Made by a program: the position numbers and the translations under genes. Source: Terrimicrobiaceae bacterium (lineage in GTDB: Bacteria; Verrucomicrobiota; Verrucomicrobiia; Chthoniobacterales; Terrimicrobiaceae). Taken from it: 64,000 bases of DNA. Shown in pieces: positions 1 through 9,336 of the stretch (position 1 is the first letter of the stretch; each line of letters begins with the position of its first letter). Location: the NCBI GenBank assembly GCA_044342325.1, contig JBIIPZ010000016.1, forward strand, positions 1 to 64,000, given 5' to 3'. The notes under the pieces were generated by a model. It saw only the letters and a list, made by a program, of their open reading frames with translations. It did no database searches and had not been told where the DNA came from.

Positions 1-372
1 GAGCGGCAGAAGCGGGTGACGGTGGATGGAGTGGATCATTACCTGGACCTGCTCTTTTATCACCGCAACCTACGGCGACTGGTGGCGGTGGAGTTGAAGC
101 TGGCAGACTTCAAACCGGGGGACAAAGGCCAGATGGAACTCTACCTCGGCTGGCTGAACCGCTACGAGCGCAAGGAAGGCGAAGAAGCCCCCATCGGCCT
201 GATCCTCTGCGCTGGGAAACGTCAGGAAACCATCGAACTGCTAAATCTCGAACGCAGCGGCATCCAGGTTTCCAGCTACTGGACCGAAGCCCTGCCGAAA
301 GCAGAAATGGAACGTAAACTGCACGAAGCCGTCGCGCTGGCCCGTGCCCGACTGAAACTCGACGCTCTCTGA
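1..372 (+). CDS. YhcG/DUF1016 family PD-(D/E)XK nuclease, C-terminal part (5' end outside window)
   Basis: YLDLLFYHRNLRRLVAVELK and GQMELYL...PIGLILC motifs typical of the DUF1016 C-terminal domain; frame open from base 1. Confidence 0.9.
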   Translation, partial: ERQKRVTVDGVDHYLDLLFYHRNLRRLVAVELKLADFKPGDKGQMELYLGWLNRYERKEGEEAPIGLILCAGKRQETIELLNLERSGIQVSSYWTEALPKAEMERKLHEAVALARARLKLDAL

Positions 373-374
373 TC

Positions 375-3295
375 ATGGCGAAAAAGAAGAAAGCTCCCGA
401 GCTGACCTTTCAGCAGCACATCGCGGATTACCTGATCCGCGTGCATGGCTATGGCAAGTTGGAGCAGACCGACATCACGGATACGGAGCACTGCATCGCC
501 GAAGACCAGCTCTGGGCCTTTCTGAGTGCCACCCAGGCTGACACGCTGAAGAAGCTGACCGACGACTACGGCACGGACGCGGGGGAGGAGGTCTTCAAGG
601 CGCTGCGCAAGGCACTGGAGCACACGCCGCTGTGGTTGCTCTTCCGGCAGGGTTTACAGGTGCGTGGGCTTACGTTTCAGCTCTACTATGCCAAGCCCCG
701 CTCCGCTGAAAGCGCGGGCGCCAAGGGCTATGCCGAGAACCGCATCACCTTCCGCCCGCACTTTTATTTTGGTCTGGCGAACCACGAGATTGATTTCGTC
801 TTCTACCTCAACGGCCTGCCCATCGTGGCGCTGGAGCTGAAGCACGAGGCCAACCAGAATGTGCATGACGCGGTGTCGCAGTTCACCAAGCGCGACCACG
901 CACACAAGATTTTCCAGCATCCCTTCCTCTATCTCGCCGCCGACACCACCGACGCGATGGCCGCCACCGACCCGCGCAAGGAAGAGAACTTCCGCTGGCA
1001 CAACATGGGGCTGACCAACACGCCCACGAATCCCGACGAGTATCCGATCGAGTATCTCTACCGCGAGGTGCTGTCGCAGGAGCAGTTGCTGGAGGCGTTG
1101 TCATTCTTCCTCGTCCGCGTGCCTGAGCGCGAGGCCGAAGCGGACAAGCCCGCGCGACCAGCCTCCACCATCTTCCCGCGATACCACCAAAGCCGGCTGG
1201 TGCGGCGGGTGGCAGAGGACATCACGGCCCACTTCGCCAAGGCGGGAGACATCGGTAAAAAGTATCTGGCCGACCATTCCGCAGGCAGCGGCAAGACGCT
1301 CTCCATCTGCTGGCTGGCCAGCCGGCTGCACAGCCTCTTCAAGCCCGGCACGAATGAGAAGCTGGTGGACATCACCTTCATTCTCACCGACCGCAAATCG
1401 CTCGACACAAACATCCGCGAGGACATCGAGAAGTTCACCCACCTCAAGGATGTGGTGGGCATCGCAAAGAAGGCAGACGATCTGCCGCGTTTCCTCAAGG
1501 AGCGGAGATCTATCATCGTCACCACGCAGCAGAAGTTCGCCTGGGTGCTGGAGGAAATTCAGAAGAATCCAGAATTGAAAAACCTCCGGGTGGCATTCCT
1601 GATCGATGAAGCTCACCGCTCGCAGGAAGGCCACATGGGTGCGGCCATTCGCTTGCCGTTCCGCAAGGAGGGCGAGCCAGACGAGGAAGCCCCCGAGGAG
1701 GATCTCGAAGAGCAGATTGCCAAGGCTATCCGCGAGCATGACTTGAATCAGTTATTCGTCGCCTTCACTGCCACACCAGCACCCGCCACCGTGTCGATGT
1801 TTGGCAATCCCTTCGACAGCTACACCGAGGCCGAAGCCATCGCCGAGGGCTACATCGTGGACGTGGCGGCGAGCATCATCTCCTACAAGACGCTCTACAA
1901 TCTGGATTGCCCCATCGTCCCGAAGCCAGACGAAGAGAAGGTCTATCCGAAAGGCGTCGTGTCCAAGGCGCTCCAGAACGTGGCGTTTCAGGACGACGGG
2001 CTGATTCAATACAAGGCCGAGGTGATGCTGCGCATCTTTGAGAAGGACGTGAAGCCGCTGATCGGCGGACGCGCCAAGGCGATGATCGTCACCTCATCCC
2101 GCGTAGCCGGGCTGCGGTATTACAATATCATCAAGGAAAAGCTCAAGGAGCGCGGGGCCGACTACAAGGTGCTCTACGCCTTCTCGAATTTCGTCCACCC
2201 GGAGACGAACGCTGCCATCAGCGAATATGCCGTGAATGAGTTGCAGACGGGCGAGTTGATTGAGGACCGCTTCGAGGGCGACGACTACCGGATTATGGTG
2301 GTGGCAAACAAATTTCAGACCGGCTTCGACCAGCCGTTGCTCGCGGGCATGTTCCTCGACAAGCCGGTGCTGGATCGCAACGCCGTGCAGACGGTTTCCC
2401 GGCTGAATCGCTGCCACCACGGCAAGAAGGATGTCGTGGTCGTGGACTTCACCAACAACGCCAAACAAATCCTGAAAGCCTTCGCGAAGTATCGGAAGGG
2501 CACGCCATTCGAGCCGGAAGAACCGGACGAGGAGACCTGCCCGAAATTACATGCAGAAATTCTCGCCGCGGGCGTCTTCACCCAGAAGGATGCCGCCGAT
2601 ATGCTGGCGCTTCTCAAGAGTGGGACAGATGCACAGGTGCAATTCCAGGTGAACGGACTACGGACGCGCTTTCTCGCGAAGCTCACCGATTGGGAAGACC
2701 GCAAGGCGTTAGTCTATTTGCTGGCCCGCTTCGTGAAGAGCTACCATTTCCTCACCTGCTTTTTCACATACTCGCCGCAGATTCAGGAGTTCGCCACCTT
2801 TGCCGAATACGTGGGGCCGCAGCTCATCAAGGCCGGACCGTCTCCGACCTGATGAAGCAGATTCGCGCGACCATCGTCACCAAGGCGGCGGTGCAGTATC
2901 AAGGAGTGATGACCAGTGGCGGTCCGGTGAAGCTCCAGCCCGGCAAAGGAAAAGGCGGCGCAGGCCCGGTGCCGGTGAAGGTCTCGGTGCAGGACGTGAT
3001 TGAGCAGATTCGCGCCAAGTTCGACATCACCGACGAGGAGGCGCTCTACATCAAGCAGGTGACAGATCAGAAGATCGCCGACCCTGCCATCCGCACCACC
3101 GTCCACGCGCACCGCGACGACCGCATTTATCTCGAGGGACCGTATCGCGGCCAGGTCAACGGCGAGATTCAGACGACCTACGATGCACACGGCCGTTACG
3201 ACGAACTCGCCGACCCGAAATACACCGACACTGGCGGCATCTTCGACCTCATGGCCGTGACGGTCATCCAAACGCATCTGTCCGAAGCTGCATGA
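375..3295 (+). pseudogene. hsdR: Type I restriction enzyme R subunit split by a single-base frameshift near 2836 (ORFs 375..2852 and 2690..3295)
   Basis: Nuclease motif IDFVFYLNGLPIVALELK, Walker A HSAGSGKT, DEAH box, FTATP, KFQTGFDQP, QTVSRLNR. One added base at GCCGG^ACCGTC joins LIKAG to TVSDLMKQIR in the second frame, giving about 970 aa. Confidence 0.85.
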
Positions 3296-3299
3296 GGTC

Positions 3300-3962
3300 A
3301 TGAGCAAGACGATTCACGAAATCCCTGAAGCCGACCGACCGCGCGAGAAGCTCCTACGCAAAGGCGCGGCTGCGCTGAGCGACCAGGAACTGCTGGCTGT
3401 GCTGCTGGGCAAAGGCACCAGCAAAATAGATGTGATGACGCTGGCCCGGAATGTCACCACCGTCGCGGATAAGAAAGGCTTGGGCCTGACGGTCGAGGAC
3501 CTTGTGAGCCTTGAAGGGATGGGCACCACCAAGGCGATGCTTCTAGTCGCTGCCATTGAGTTCGCCCGCCGCCGCATCAAACCCGAAGGCGCGAAGATCA
3601 TGACACCGGCCGACCTGCTGCCACACGTCCGCCACTACGCCGACCGCAAGCAGGAGCATTTCCTCTGTGCCAGCATCAACGGCGCGAACGAGCTTCTGAA
3701 CATCCGTGTGGTGTCCATCGGCCTGATCGATCGCAGCCCGGTGCATCCCCGTGAAGTCTTCGCCGATCCACTATCAGACCGCGCCTCCGCGGTGATCGTC
3801 GCCCACAACCACCCCAGCGGCGGCCTCGAACCATCGCCCAGCGACATCGAAATCACCGCGCAACTAAAAGCCGCCGGAGCCATCGTTGGTATCGACCTAC
3901 TTGACCACATCATCTTCAACAGGACGTGCTATTTCAGCTTCTTGGAAGCAGGAACTTTGTAA
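3300..3962 (+). CDS. radC: RadC family JAB/MPN-domain protein
   Basis: DRPREKL N-terminus, VHPREVF, AHNHPSG...PSPSD, LLDHII. Confidence 0.95.
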   Translation: MSKTIHEIPEADRPREKLLRKGAAALSDQELLAVLLGKGTSKIDVMTLARNVTTVADKKGLGLTVEDLVSLEGMGTTKAMLLVAAIEFARRRIKPEGAKIMTPADLLPHVRHYADRKQEHFLCASINGANELLNIRVVSIGLIDRSPVHPREVFADPLSDRASAVIVAHNHPSGGLEPSPSDIEITAQLKAAGAIVGIDLLDHIIFNRTCYFSFLEAGTL

Positions 3963-4137
3963 CGACGCAAGCTGGCAAACCATTTTAAAAAACTGGTGTT
4001 CAGGCAGTATTTCCTCTCATTTTGCTTTGGATGGGAGTTCGCAGCTGAGCTCACGATTTGTATTGAGCGCCCGATTCTGAGTGAATTCTGGAGGTTTCCC
4101 TTGACGATGCGGTGGCGGAGGCATTCTTTATGGCGTT

Positions 4138-4341
4138 ATGAGTTCTGTTGCTGAAATCGAAGCTGCAATCGAAAAATTGCCAGTTCCCGAAGTTGACCAA
4201 CTGGCTCATTGGCTGGAGGGTTTTTTACAACGGCGCGTATCGACGCCTGCCTTGGGAAATTGGTTGTTGAATGCAAAGGGCGCGGCTGTTCCAGATGCTC
4301 AAACTCAGGCGATCATGAACCTGACCCGTGGTGAAGAATGA
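4138..4341 (+). CDS. Putative antitoxin of the downstream PIN toxin
   Basis: 67-aa ORF (MSSVAEIEAAIEKLP...IMNLTRGE) whose 3' end overlaps the toxin start (ATG at 4338-4340). Confidence 0.7.
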   Translation: MSSVAEIEAAIEKLPVPEVDQLAHWLEGFLQRRVSTPALGNWLLNAKGAAVPDAQTQAIMNLTRGEE

Positions 4342-4739
4342 CCCTACTCGATACCAATGTGCTGTTGGACGTAGCCACTGCTGATCCAGTCTGGCTTGAA
4401 TGGTCGGAAAATCAAATTCGATCCGTGGCACTTGATGGGCCGATATGCATTAACCCGATCATCTATGCGGAACTTGCTCCCGCATTTTCCTCAGCGAGGG
4501 AGTTGGATCGTTGGCTCGCTCCTGAAGTTTTCAAGCGCCTGCCCTTACCCTACTCCGCCGGTTGGCTGGCGGCGGCGGCGTTTCTAAAATACCGCCGCAG
4601 TGGTGGCGTGAAGACATCCCCTCTGCCTGACTTCTACATTGGCGCCCATGCAGAGGCTGAGGGGCTTGTCTTGGTTACGCGTGATCCGGTGCGGTATCGC
4701 ACTTATTTCCCCAAGGTCAGGCTGGTAGCCCCAGCATAG
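4338..4739 (+). CDS. vapC: VapC-family PIN-domain toxin
   Basis: LLDTNVLLD, IIYAEL, PLPDFYIGAHA, LVTRD. Confidence 0.92.
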   Translation: MTLLDTNVLLDVATADPVWLEWSENQIRSVALDGPICINPIIYAELAPAFSSARELDRWLAPEVFKRLPLPYSAGWLAAAAFLKYRRSGGVKTSPLPDFYIGAHAEAEGLVLVTRDPVRYRTYFPKVRLVAPA

Positions 4740-4808
4740 AAAACTGAGGTAGGGAACAGGGGCTCGAAAGGTTGAAAAAATGGATCCAGAAGAATCAACA
4801 ACAACCCG

Positions 4809-4976
4809 TTGCTGGGCAGGTATGAGGCAGAGGAACCGGAAGCCTACCGCTTCAGCGCGCATGAGACGAGGGACATTCTGGCGGCGAAGCGCGAGGCGCG
4901 GAAGGCTGGGAAAGTGAGCGGACCTTTTACCACAGCGGAGTCCTTGATCTCACACCTGCGCCAAGCGAAGCCGTGA
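4809..4976 (+). pseudogene. RelB/DinJ-like antitoxin C-terminal remnant (below the ORF-track cutoff)
   Basis: Hand translation ...ETRDILAAKREARKAGKVSGPFTTAESLISHLRQAKP*; its TGA overlaps a GTG start (GTGA, 4973-4976). Confidence 0.55.
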
Positions 4977-5120
4977 AACTGCGGACGACACAGCTTAGAT
5001 AAGACTTTTGCCCGGCTATCCGTGCGCGATCAGCGGCGTGTGGAGGCGGCCTTGACACTGTTCATGGACCAGCCGTTTCATCCGGCCCTGAAAAATCACG
5101 GCCTGACCGGGAAACTGCGA
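4973..5120 (+). pseudogene. RelE/YafQ-like toxin, frameshifted and 3'-truncated
   Basis: MKLRTT, then after a frame change HSLDKTFARLSVRDQRRVEAALTLFMDQPFHPALKNHGLTGKLR; resemblance ends after the H-x-L-x-G motif. Confidence 0.7.
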
Positions 5121-5172
5121 AATCCTCTACTAATCCGAGAAGTCAACCGGCTTGTGAGCATGCCAAAGTTGA

Positions 5173-5195
5173 GCCGACGGGGACGTCGGCGCGCC
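5173..5195. repeat. REP-like GC-rich hairpin
   Basis: GCCGACG-GGGA-CGTCGGC perfect 7-bp stem followed by GCGCC. Confidence 0.5.
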
Positions 5196-5242
5196 GGGAG
5201 AAAAGTTTCTCGATGCGAGATTCCGAGAGTTGGCGTGGGGTT

Positions 5243-5596
5243 TTAGAGATTCTCCGAGACCAATGCCGACTCGCGAGTGTTGTGGACTTCCATGGTTTCG
5301 AGGAATCCGGCCATTTCGAAGACTTCGCGCACGGCAGGTGTGAGGGATGCGAAGGCACAGGTGCCGCCTCGGGATTTCATCCGCTTCACCGTTGCGAGAA
5401 ATACCCGCAGGCCGGCACTGCTGGTGAAGGAGAGACCGGAACAATCCAGAACGATGCGGCGGGCGTCGGTCGATAGAACAGCATCGAGATTGCTTTCAAG
5501 GACACCGACTGTGAGGGCGTTGAGGTGGCCCTCTACGGTCAGAGCAGAAGTTGTCCCGGAATTCAAAACGGCGACTTTCAGTTCAGGCAGGCTCAT
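5243..5596 (-). CDS. STAS-domain anti-sigma factor antagonist
   Basis: IVLDCSGLSFTSSAGLRVFL with the phosphorylatable Ser; VREVFEMAGF. Confidence 0.92.
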   Translation of the reverse strand: MSLPELKVAVLNSGTTSALTVEGHLNALTVGVLESNLDAVLSTDARRIVLDCSGLSFTSSAGLRVFLATVKRMKSRGGTCAFASLTPAVREVFEMAGFLETMEVHNTRESALVSENL

Positions 5597-5722
5597 GAGT
5601 TGCCGAGTTTGATAAATCGTGAGCGGCAGGGTGGCGATGTCTTTTTAAAGGCTCAGACATCCTGATCCACCAAGAAAACGAATGAGCCCGTCCTGCTCGG
5701 ATCACCAAGCGCTGAACATTTG

Positions 5723-5818
5723 AACCACGAATTCCTCGAAGGAACACGAATAAAACTGACAAGGAGAATCTGCGGCGAAGCCCCTCCCCATTCGTGAAAA
5801 CTTGTGCTATTCGTGGTT
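5723..5818. repeat. Intergenic inverted repeat built of CACGAA units
   Basis: Left arm AACCACGAATTCCTCGAAGGAACACGAAT (5723-5751); right arm ATTCGTGAAAACTTGTGCTATTCGTGGTT (5790-5818); outer 10 bp and inner 7 bp are perfectly complementary. Confidence 0.7.
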
Positions 5819-6015
5819 AAAGAAATTCCATTGATCATGGATCGTTGTTGTCCTTTGAATGGCGATGGCTTTCTGGGCAAAACGGAGATCATCCGGTTTC
5901 CCCGCCATGCGGAAGCCAATGGGCATAGTTCAGGTTGTTTGAGACTGCTCGGGTGAATGCCCCACGGGGCGAGTTTGAATTTGAAATCAGGGCAACCCTG
6001 TTCATGATGTGGTCG

Positions 6016-6444
6016 ATGAAAACTCTACTACTCTGCCTTCTCCTCGCTGCAGCACCTTTGCATGCCTCAGACTTATGGAGCACTGATTATGCGGCTTCGA
6101 CAGCCCAAGCCGCCGCTGAAAAAAAGCCGATTCTTTTGGAATTCACTGGCTCGGACTGGTGCCCACCCTGCATGAAGCAGAACAAGGATGTCTTTGAGCA
6201 ACCTGCCTTCGCAGATTTCGCAAAAGACAAACTGGTGTTGGTGAAGCTGGACTTCCCCCGCAGCAAACCGCAGGCAGCGGAGATCAAGGAGCGGAATCAA
6301 CAACTCGCAGCGCAGTATGAAGTGCAAGGATTCCCAACCGTTATTCTCCTTGGCCCTGATGGCAAGGAACTCGCCCGCGAGGTCGGTTATAAAGGCGGAG
6401 GGGTGCCTGGATTCATCGAGTGGGTGAAAACAAATTTGAAATAA
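6016..6444 (+). CDS. Exported thioredoxin-family protein
   Basis: Signal peptide MKTLLLCLLLAAAPLHA; FTGSDWCPPC; cis-Pro loop GFPT. Confidence 0.9.
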   Translation: MKTLLLCLLLAAAPLHASDLWSTDYAASTAQAAAEKKPILLEFTGSDWCPPCMKQNKDVFEQPAFADFAKDKLVLVKLDFPRSKPQAAEIKERNQQLAAQYEVQGFPTVILLGPDGKELAREVGYKGGGVPGFIEWVKTNLK

Positions 6445-6468
6445 CCAACAGCTCAAAACTAATTTCCG

Positions 6469-7035
6469 ATGCAAGAAGTTCTCGATCTTTTCAAACAAAC
6501 CGGAGCCCTGCTCCACGGTCACTTTCTCCTGCGCAGCGGTCTTCACAGCCGCGAATTTTTCCAGTGTGCCCTCCTCCTGCAAGACGCGCCTATCGCAGCG
6601 CGCGTGTGCGGCATGCTTGCAGAAAAGCTCAGCGCGTATGATGCCGAAACTGTGGTATCACCCGCAGTCGGCGGGATCATTGTGGGACAGGAAGTCGCCC
6701 GCCATCTCGGCAAGAGACACATCTTTGTTGAGAAGGATGGAAATGGAGGACTCGTTCTGCGGCGAGGATTCGAAATCCGCCCCGGACAACGCTTCGTTGT
6801 AGCGGAGGATGTCGTGACGCGTGGAGGTAGGGTTCAGGAGACGATCCAGATCGTTCGCGACCATGGTGGAATCGTCGTAGCGGCAGGCTCGATCGTCGAT
6901 CGCAGCGGCGGCGAGCTTCCAGATTTTGGATGTCCCTTCGTTTCCTTGGTGCAAATGAATGTGGAGACCTTCGCGGCGGATAACATTCCTGCCGACCTTC
7001 AGGGAACATCTGCCATCAAGCCCGGCAGCAAGTAG
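6469..7035 (+). CDS. pyrE: Orotate phosphoribosyltransferase
   Basis: GHFLLRSGLHS; PRPP motif VAEDVVTRGG. Confidence 0.95.
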   Translation: MQEVLDLFKQTGALLHGHFLLRSGLHSREFFQCALLLQDAPIAARVCGMLAEKLSAYDAETVVSPAVGGIIVGQEVARHLGKRHIFVEKDGNGGLVLRRGFEIRPGQRFVVAEDVVTRGGRVQETIQIVRDHGGIVVAAGSIVDRSGGELPDFGCPFVSLVQMNVETFAADNIPADLQGTSAIKPGSK

Positions 7036-7108
7036 CCCATCGCGGCGATTGACATGGGAGCCGCCACGGGCAAAATGCGCGGCTCACATTTCAACCACAC
7101 ATACCACT

Positions 7109-7585
7109 ATGGCACTTGCAACCGGCTCCAAAGCTCCTGAATTCACACTCAAAACAATCGGCTCCGAAGGCCTCACGGACTTCAGCCTCTCGTCGAACTT
7201 CGGCAAGAAAAACACCGTCCTTCTTTTCTTCCCCCTCGCCTTCACCGGCGTCTGCACGCAGGAACTCTGCGATGTCACAGCGGGTCTTGCGAAGTATGAA
7301 TCCCTGAATGCCGCGGTCGTGGGCATCAGCGTAGACAGCCCCTTCGCGCAAGAAGCCTGGGCGAAAAAAGAGAACATCAACATCCCGCTCGTGAGCGATC
7401 TGAACAAGGAAACCGCGAAAACCTACGGCGTGCTTCTCCCCGATCTCATCGGCTTGGGCGCTGTCTCCGCACGCGCTGCGTTCGTCATCGACAAGGACGG
7501 AGTGATCCGTCACAGCGAGCAGACTCCGACTCCAAAAGAACTCCCCGACTTCAACAAAATCGCCGAGGTTCTCGCATCGCTGTAA
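7109..7585 (+). CDS. Peroxiredoxin (AhpC/TSA family, AhpE-like)
   Basis: FFPLAFTGVCTQELC, GISVDSPF, RAAFVIDKDG. Confidence 0.92.
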   Translation: MALATGSKAPEFTLKTIGSEGLTDFSLSSNFGKKNTVLLFFPLAFTGVCTQELCDVTAGLAKYESLNAAVVGISVDSPFAQEAWAKKENINIPLVSDLNKETAKTYGVLLPDLIGLGAVSARAAFVIDKDGVIRHSEQTPTPKELPDFNKIAEVLASL

Positions 7586-7684
7586 AAACCATTCGCGGAA
7601 AAACTCAAAAATCTCCTTGTCACGGGGGGCGAGTCGTGATGACCTTGCACCCCTTTTCCGCAAAACAAGCGGAGCACTTTTAAT

Positions 7685-8110
7685 ATGGCTAAAGAAATCG
7701 TAGGACAGATCAAATTGCAGATTCCCGCAGGTGCCGCAAATCCGGCTCCTCCCGTAGGCCCAGCCCTCGGTCAGCAGGGTGTAAACATCATGGCATTCTG
7801 CAAAGAATTCAACGCCGCCACGCAGAAGCAGTCTGGCGACATTCTCCCGGTGGTGATCACCGTCTATAAAGACAAAAGCTTCACCTTCATCACCAAGGCT
7901 CCACCAGCAGCGATCCTCCTCAAAAAGGCTGCAGGTCTTGCTTCGGGATCGAAAGAACCCAACAAAACCAAGGTTGGCAAAATCTCCAAAAAGCAGGTCA
8001 TGGACATCGTCAAAATCAAGATGAGGGACATGAACGCCCGCACCGAGGAAGCTGCATTCCGCACACTTTGTGGAACAGCCCGCCAGATGGGTCTCGAAGT
8101 CGCCGAGTAA
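7685..8110 (+). CDS. rplK: 50S ribosomal protein L11
   Basis: [36 protein letters not shown]. Confidence 0.98.
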   Translation: MAKEIVGQIKLQIPAGAANPAPPVGPALGQQGVNIMAFCKEFNAATQKQSGDILPVVITVYKDKSFTFITKAPPAAILLKKAAGLASGSKEPNKTKVGKISKKQVMDIVKIKMRDMNARTEEAAFRTLCGTARQMGLEVAE

Positions 8111-8133
8111 AACCGTAAACATTTTTTCAATTC

Positions 8134-8177
8134 ACAACCCGCCACTTCAACAAAGGAAGTGGCGGGTTGTTTTTTTT
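8134..8177 (+). terminator. Rho-independent terminator after rplK
   Basis: ACAACCCGCCACTT / AAGTGGCGGGTTGT 14-bp stem followed by a T tract. Confidence 0.9.
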
Positions 8178-8234
8178 GGCTTGTCTTCCGGAAATTTCTT
8201 CTTCGCGCAGGTAAGAATTTTGTGGCCTGCGGGG

Positions 8235-8256
8235 TTTGTTACGCAATTGTAACAAA
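8235..8256 (+). promoter_or_regulatory. PHO-box-like operator upstream of pstS
   Basis: TGTTAC (8237) and TGTAAC (8248) are 11 bp apart; the site is also the palindrome TTTGTTAC-N6-GTAACAAA. Confidence 0.6.
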
Positions 8257-8302
8257 TCTAATTTTGGCGCATGCTGCCCATCTTAGTTCACTAACAGTCC
8301 AA

Positions 8303-9316
8303 ATGAAACTCACATCAAGCTTGGCACTTTGCCTATCCATCGCAACCTCACTCGCCTTTGTCACTCCGGCACGGGCACAACAAATCTCAGGCGCCGGCGC
8401 CACATTTCCGGCTCCGCTTTATCAGCGCTGGGGTGTTGAGTTCAACAAAGTGCAACCCGGCATTCAGGTGAACTACCAATCTGTGGGCAGCGGAGCCGGT
8501 GTCAAAAATTTCATCCAAGGCGTGGTGGACTTTGGCGCGAGCGATGCCGCGATGTCGGATGAGGAAATCGCCAAAGTCGCTGCGGGTGCCGTGATGATTC
8601 CGGCCACAGCGGGAGAGATCGTTTTTGCCTACAACCTCCCCGGAGTTTCGGGCATCAAGCTGACTCGCGAGGTCATGGCCGGCATCTATCTTGGAAAAGT
8701 CAAAAAGTGGAATGATGCCGCCATCGTCAAAGCCAACCCGGACTTGAAGCTGCCCGACATGCCGATCCAGGTGGCCTACCGTTCCGACGGCAGCGGCACG
8801 ACCTATGTTTTCACCCAGCACCTCTCCGAGATCAGCGATGAATTCGACGATGAAGTTGGCACAGATAAATCCGTGACCTTCCCTGTCGGCGTGGGTGGCA
8901 AAGGAAACGAAGGCGTGACAGCCCTGATCAAGCAGAGCCCGGGCACAGTGGGATATGTCGAGTATGGCTATGCGAAGGACAACAGCCTCTCCATGGCATC
9001 CCTGCAGAATAAATGCGGCAACTTCATCGCTCCCGACATCGCATCGGCCCGCAATACACTCAGCAATGTGCAGCTTCCTGAGAACCTCCGCGTCTGGCCA
9101 GTTGATCCGGAGGGTGCCAATGACTATCCGATCGTGAGCTTCACCTGGCTGCTGCTCTACAAAAAATATCCCGATGCCGCAAAGCTCAAGGCGCTCAAGG
9201 AATTCGTGACTTGGGGTCTGACAGACGGCCAGTCCTTCTCTGAAAGCCTCGGCTATGTCCCGCTTCCGGCGCCTGTTGTGGAGAAGGCAAAAGCCGCTCT
9301 CGCAACGGTCGAATAA
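8303..9316 (+). CDS. pstS: Phosphate ABC transporter substrate-binding protein
   Basis: Signal peptide, GAGATFPAPLY, GSGAG, DFGASD, RSDGSGTT. Confidence 0.97.
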   Translation: MKLTSSLALCLSIATSLAFVTPARAQQISGAGATFPAPLYQRWGVEFNKVQPGIQVNYQSVGSGAGVKNFIQGVVDFGASDAAMSDEEIAKVAAGAVMIPATAGEIVFAYNLPGVSGIKLTREVMAGIYLGKVKKWNDAAIVKANPDLKLPDMPIQVAYRSDGSGTTYVFTQHLSEISDEFDDEVGTDKSVTFPVGVGGKGNEGVTALIKQSPGTVGYVEYGYAKDNSLSMASLQNKCGNFIAPDIASARNTLSNVQLPENLRVWPVDPEGANDYPIVSFTWLLLYKKYPDAAKLKALKEFVTWGLTDGQSFSESLGYVPLPAPVVEKAKAALATVE

Positions 9317-9336
9317 CACCGAAAGGCCCGACCAAA

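Noticed and set aside
7091..8122. 343-aa minus-strand ORF
   Set aside because: Antisense shadow of rplK and the peroxiredoxin gene; no recognisable motifs
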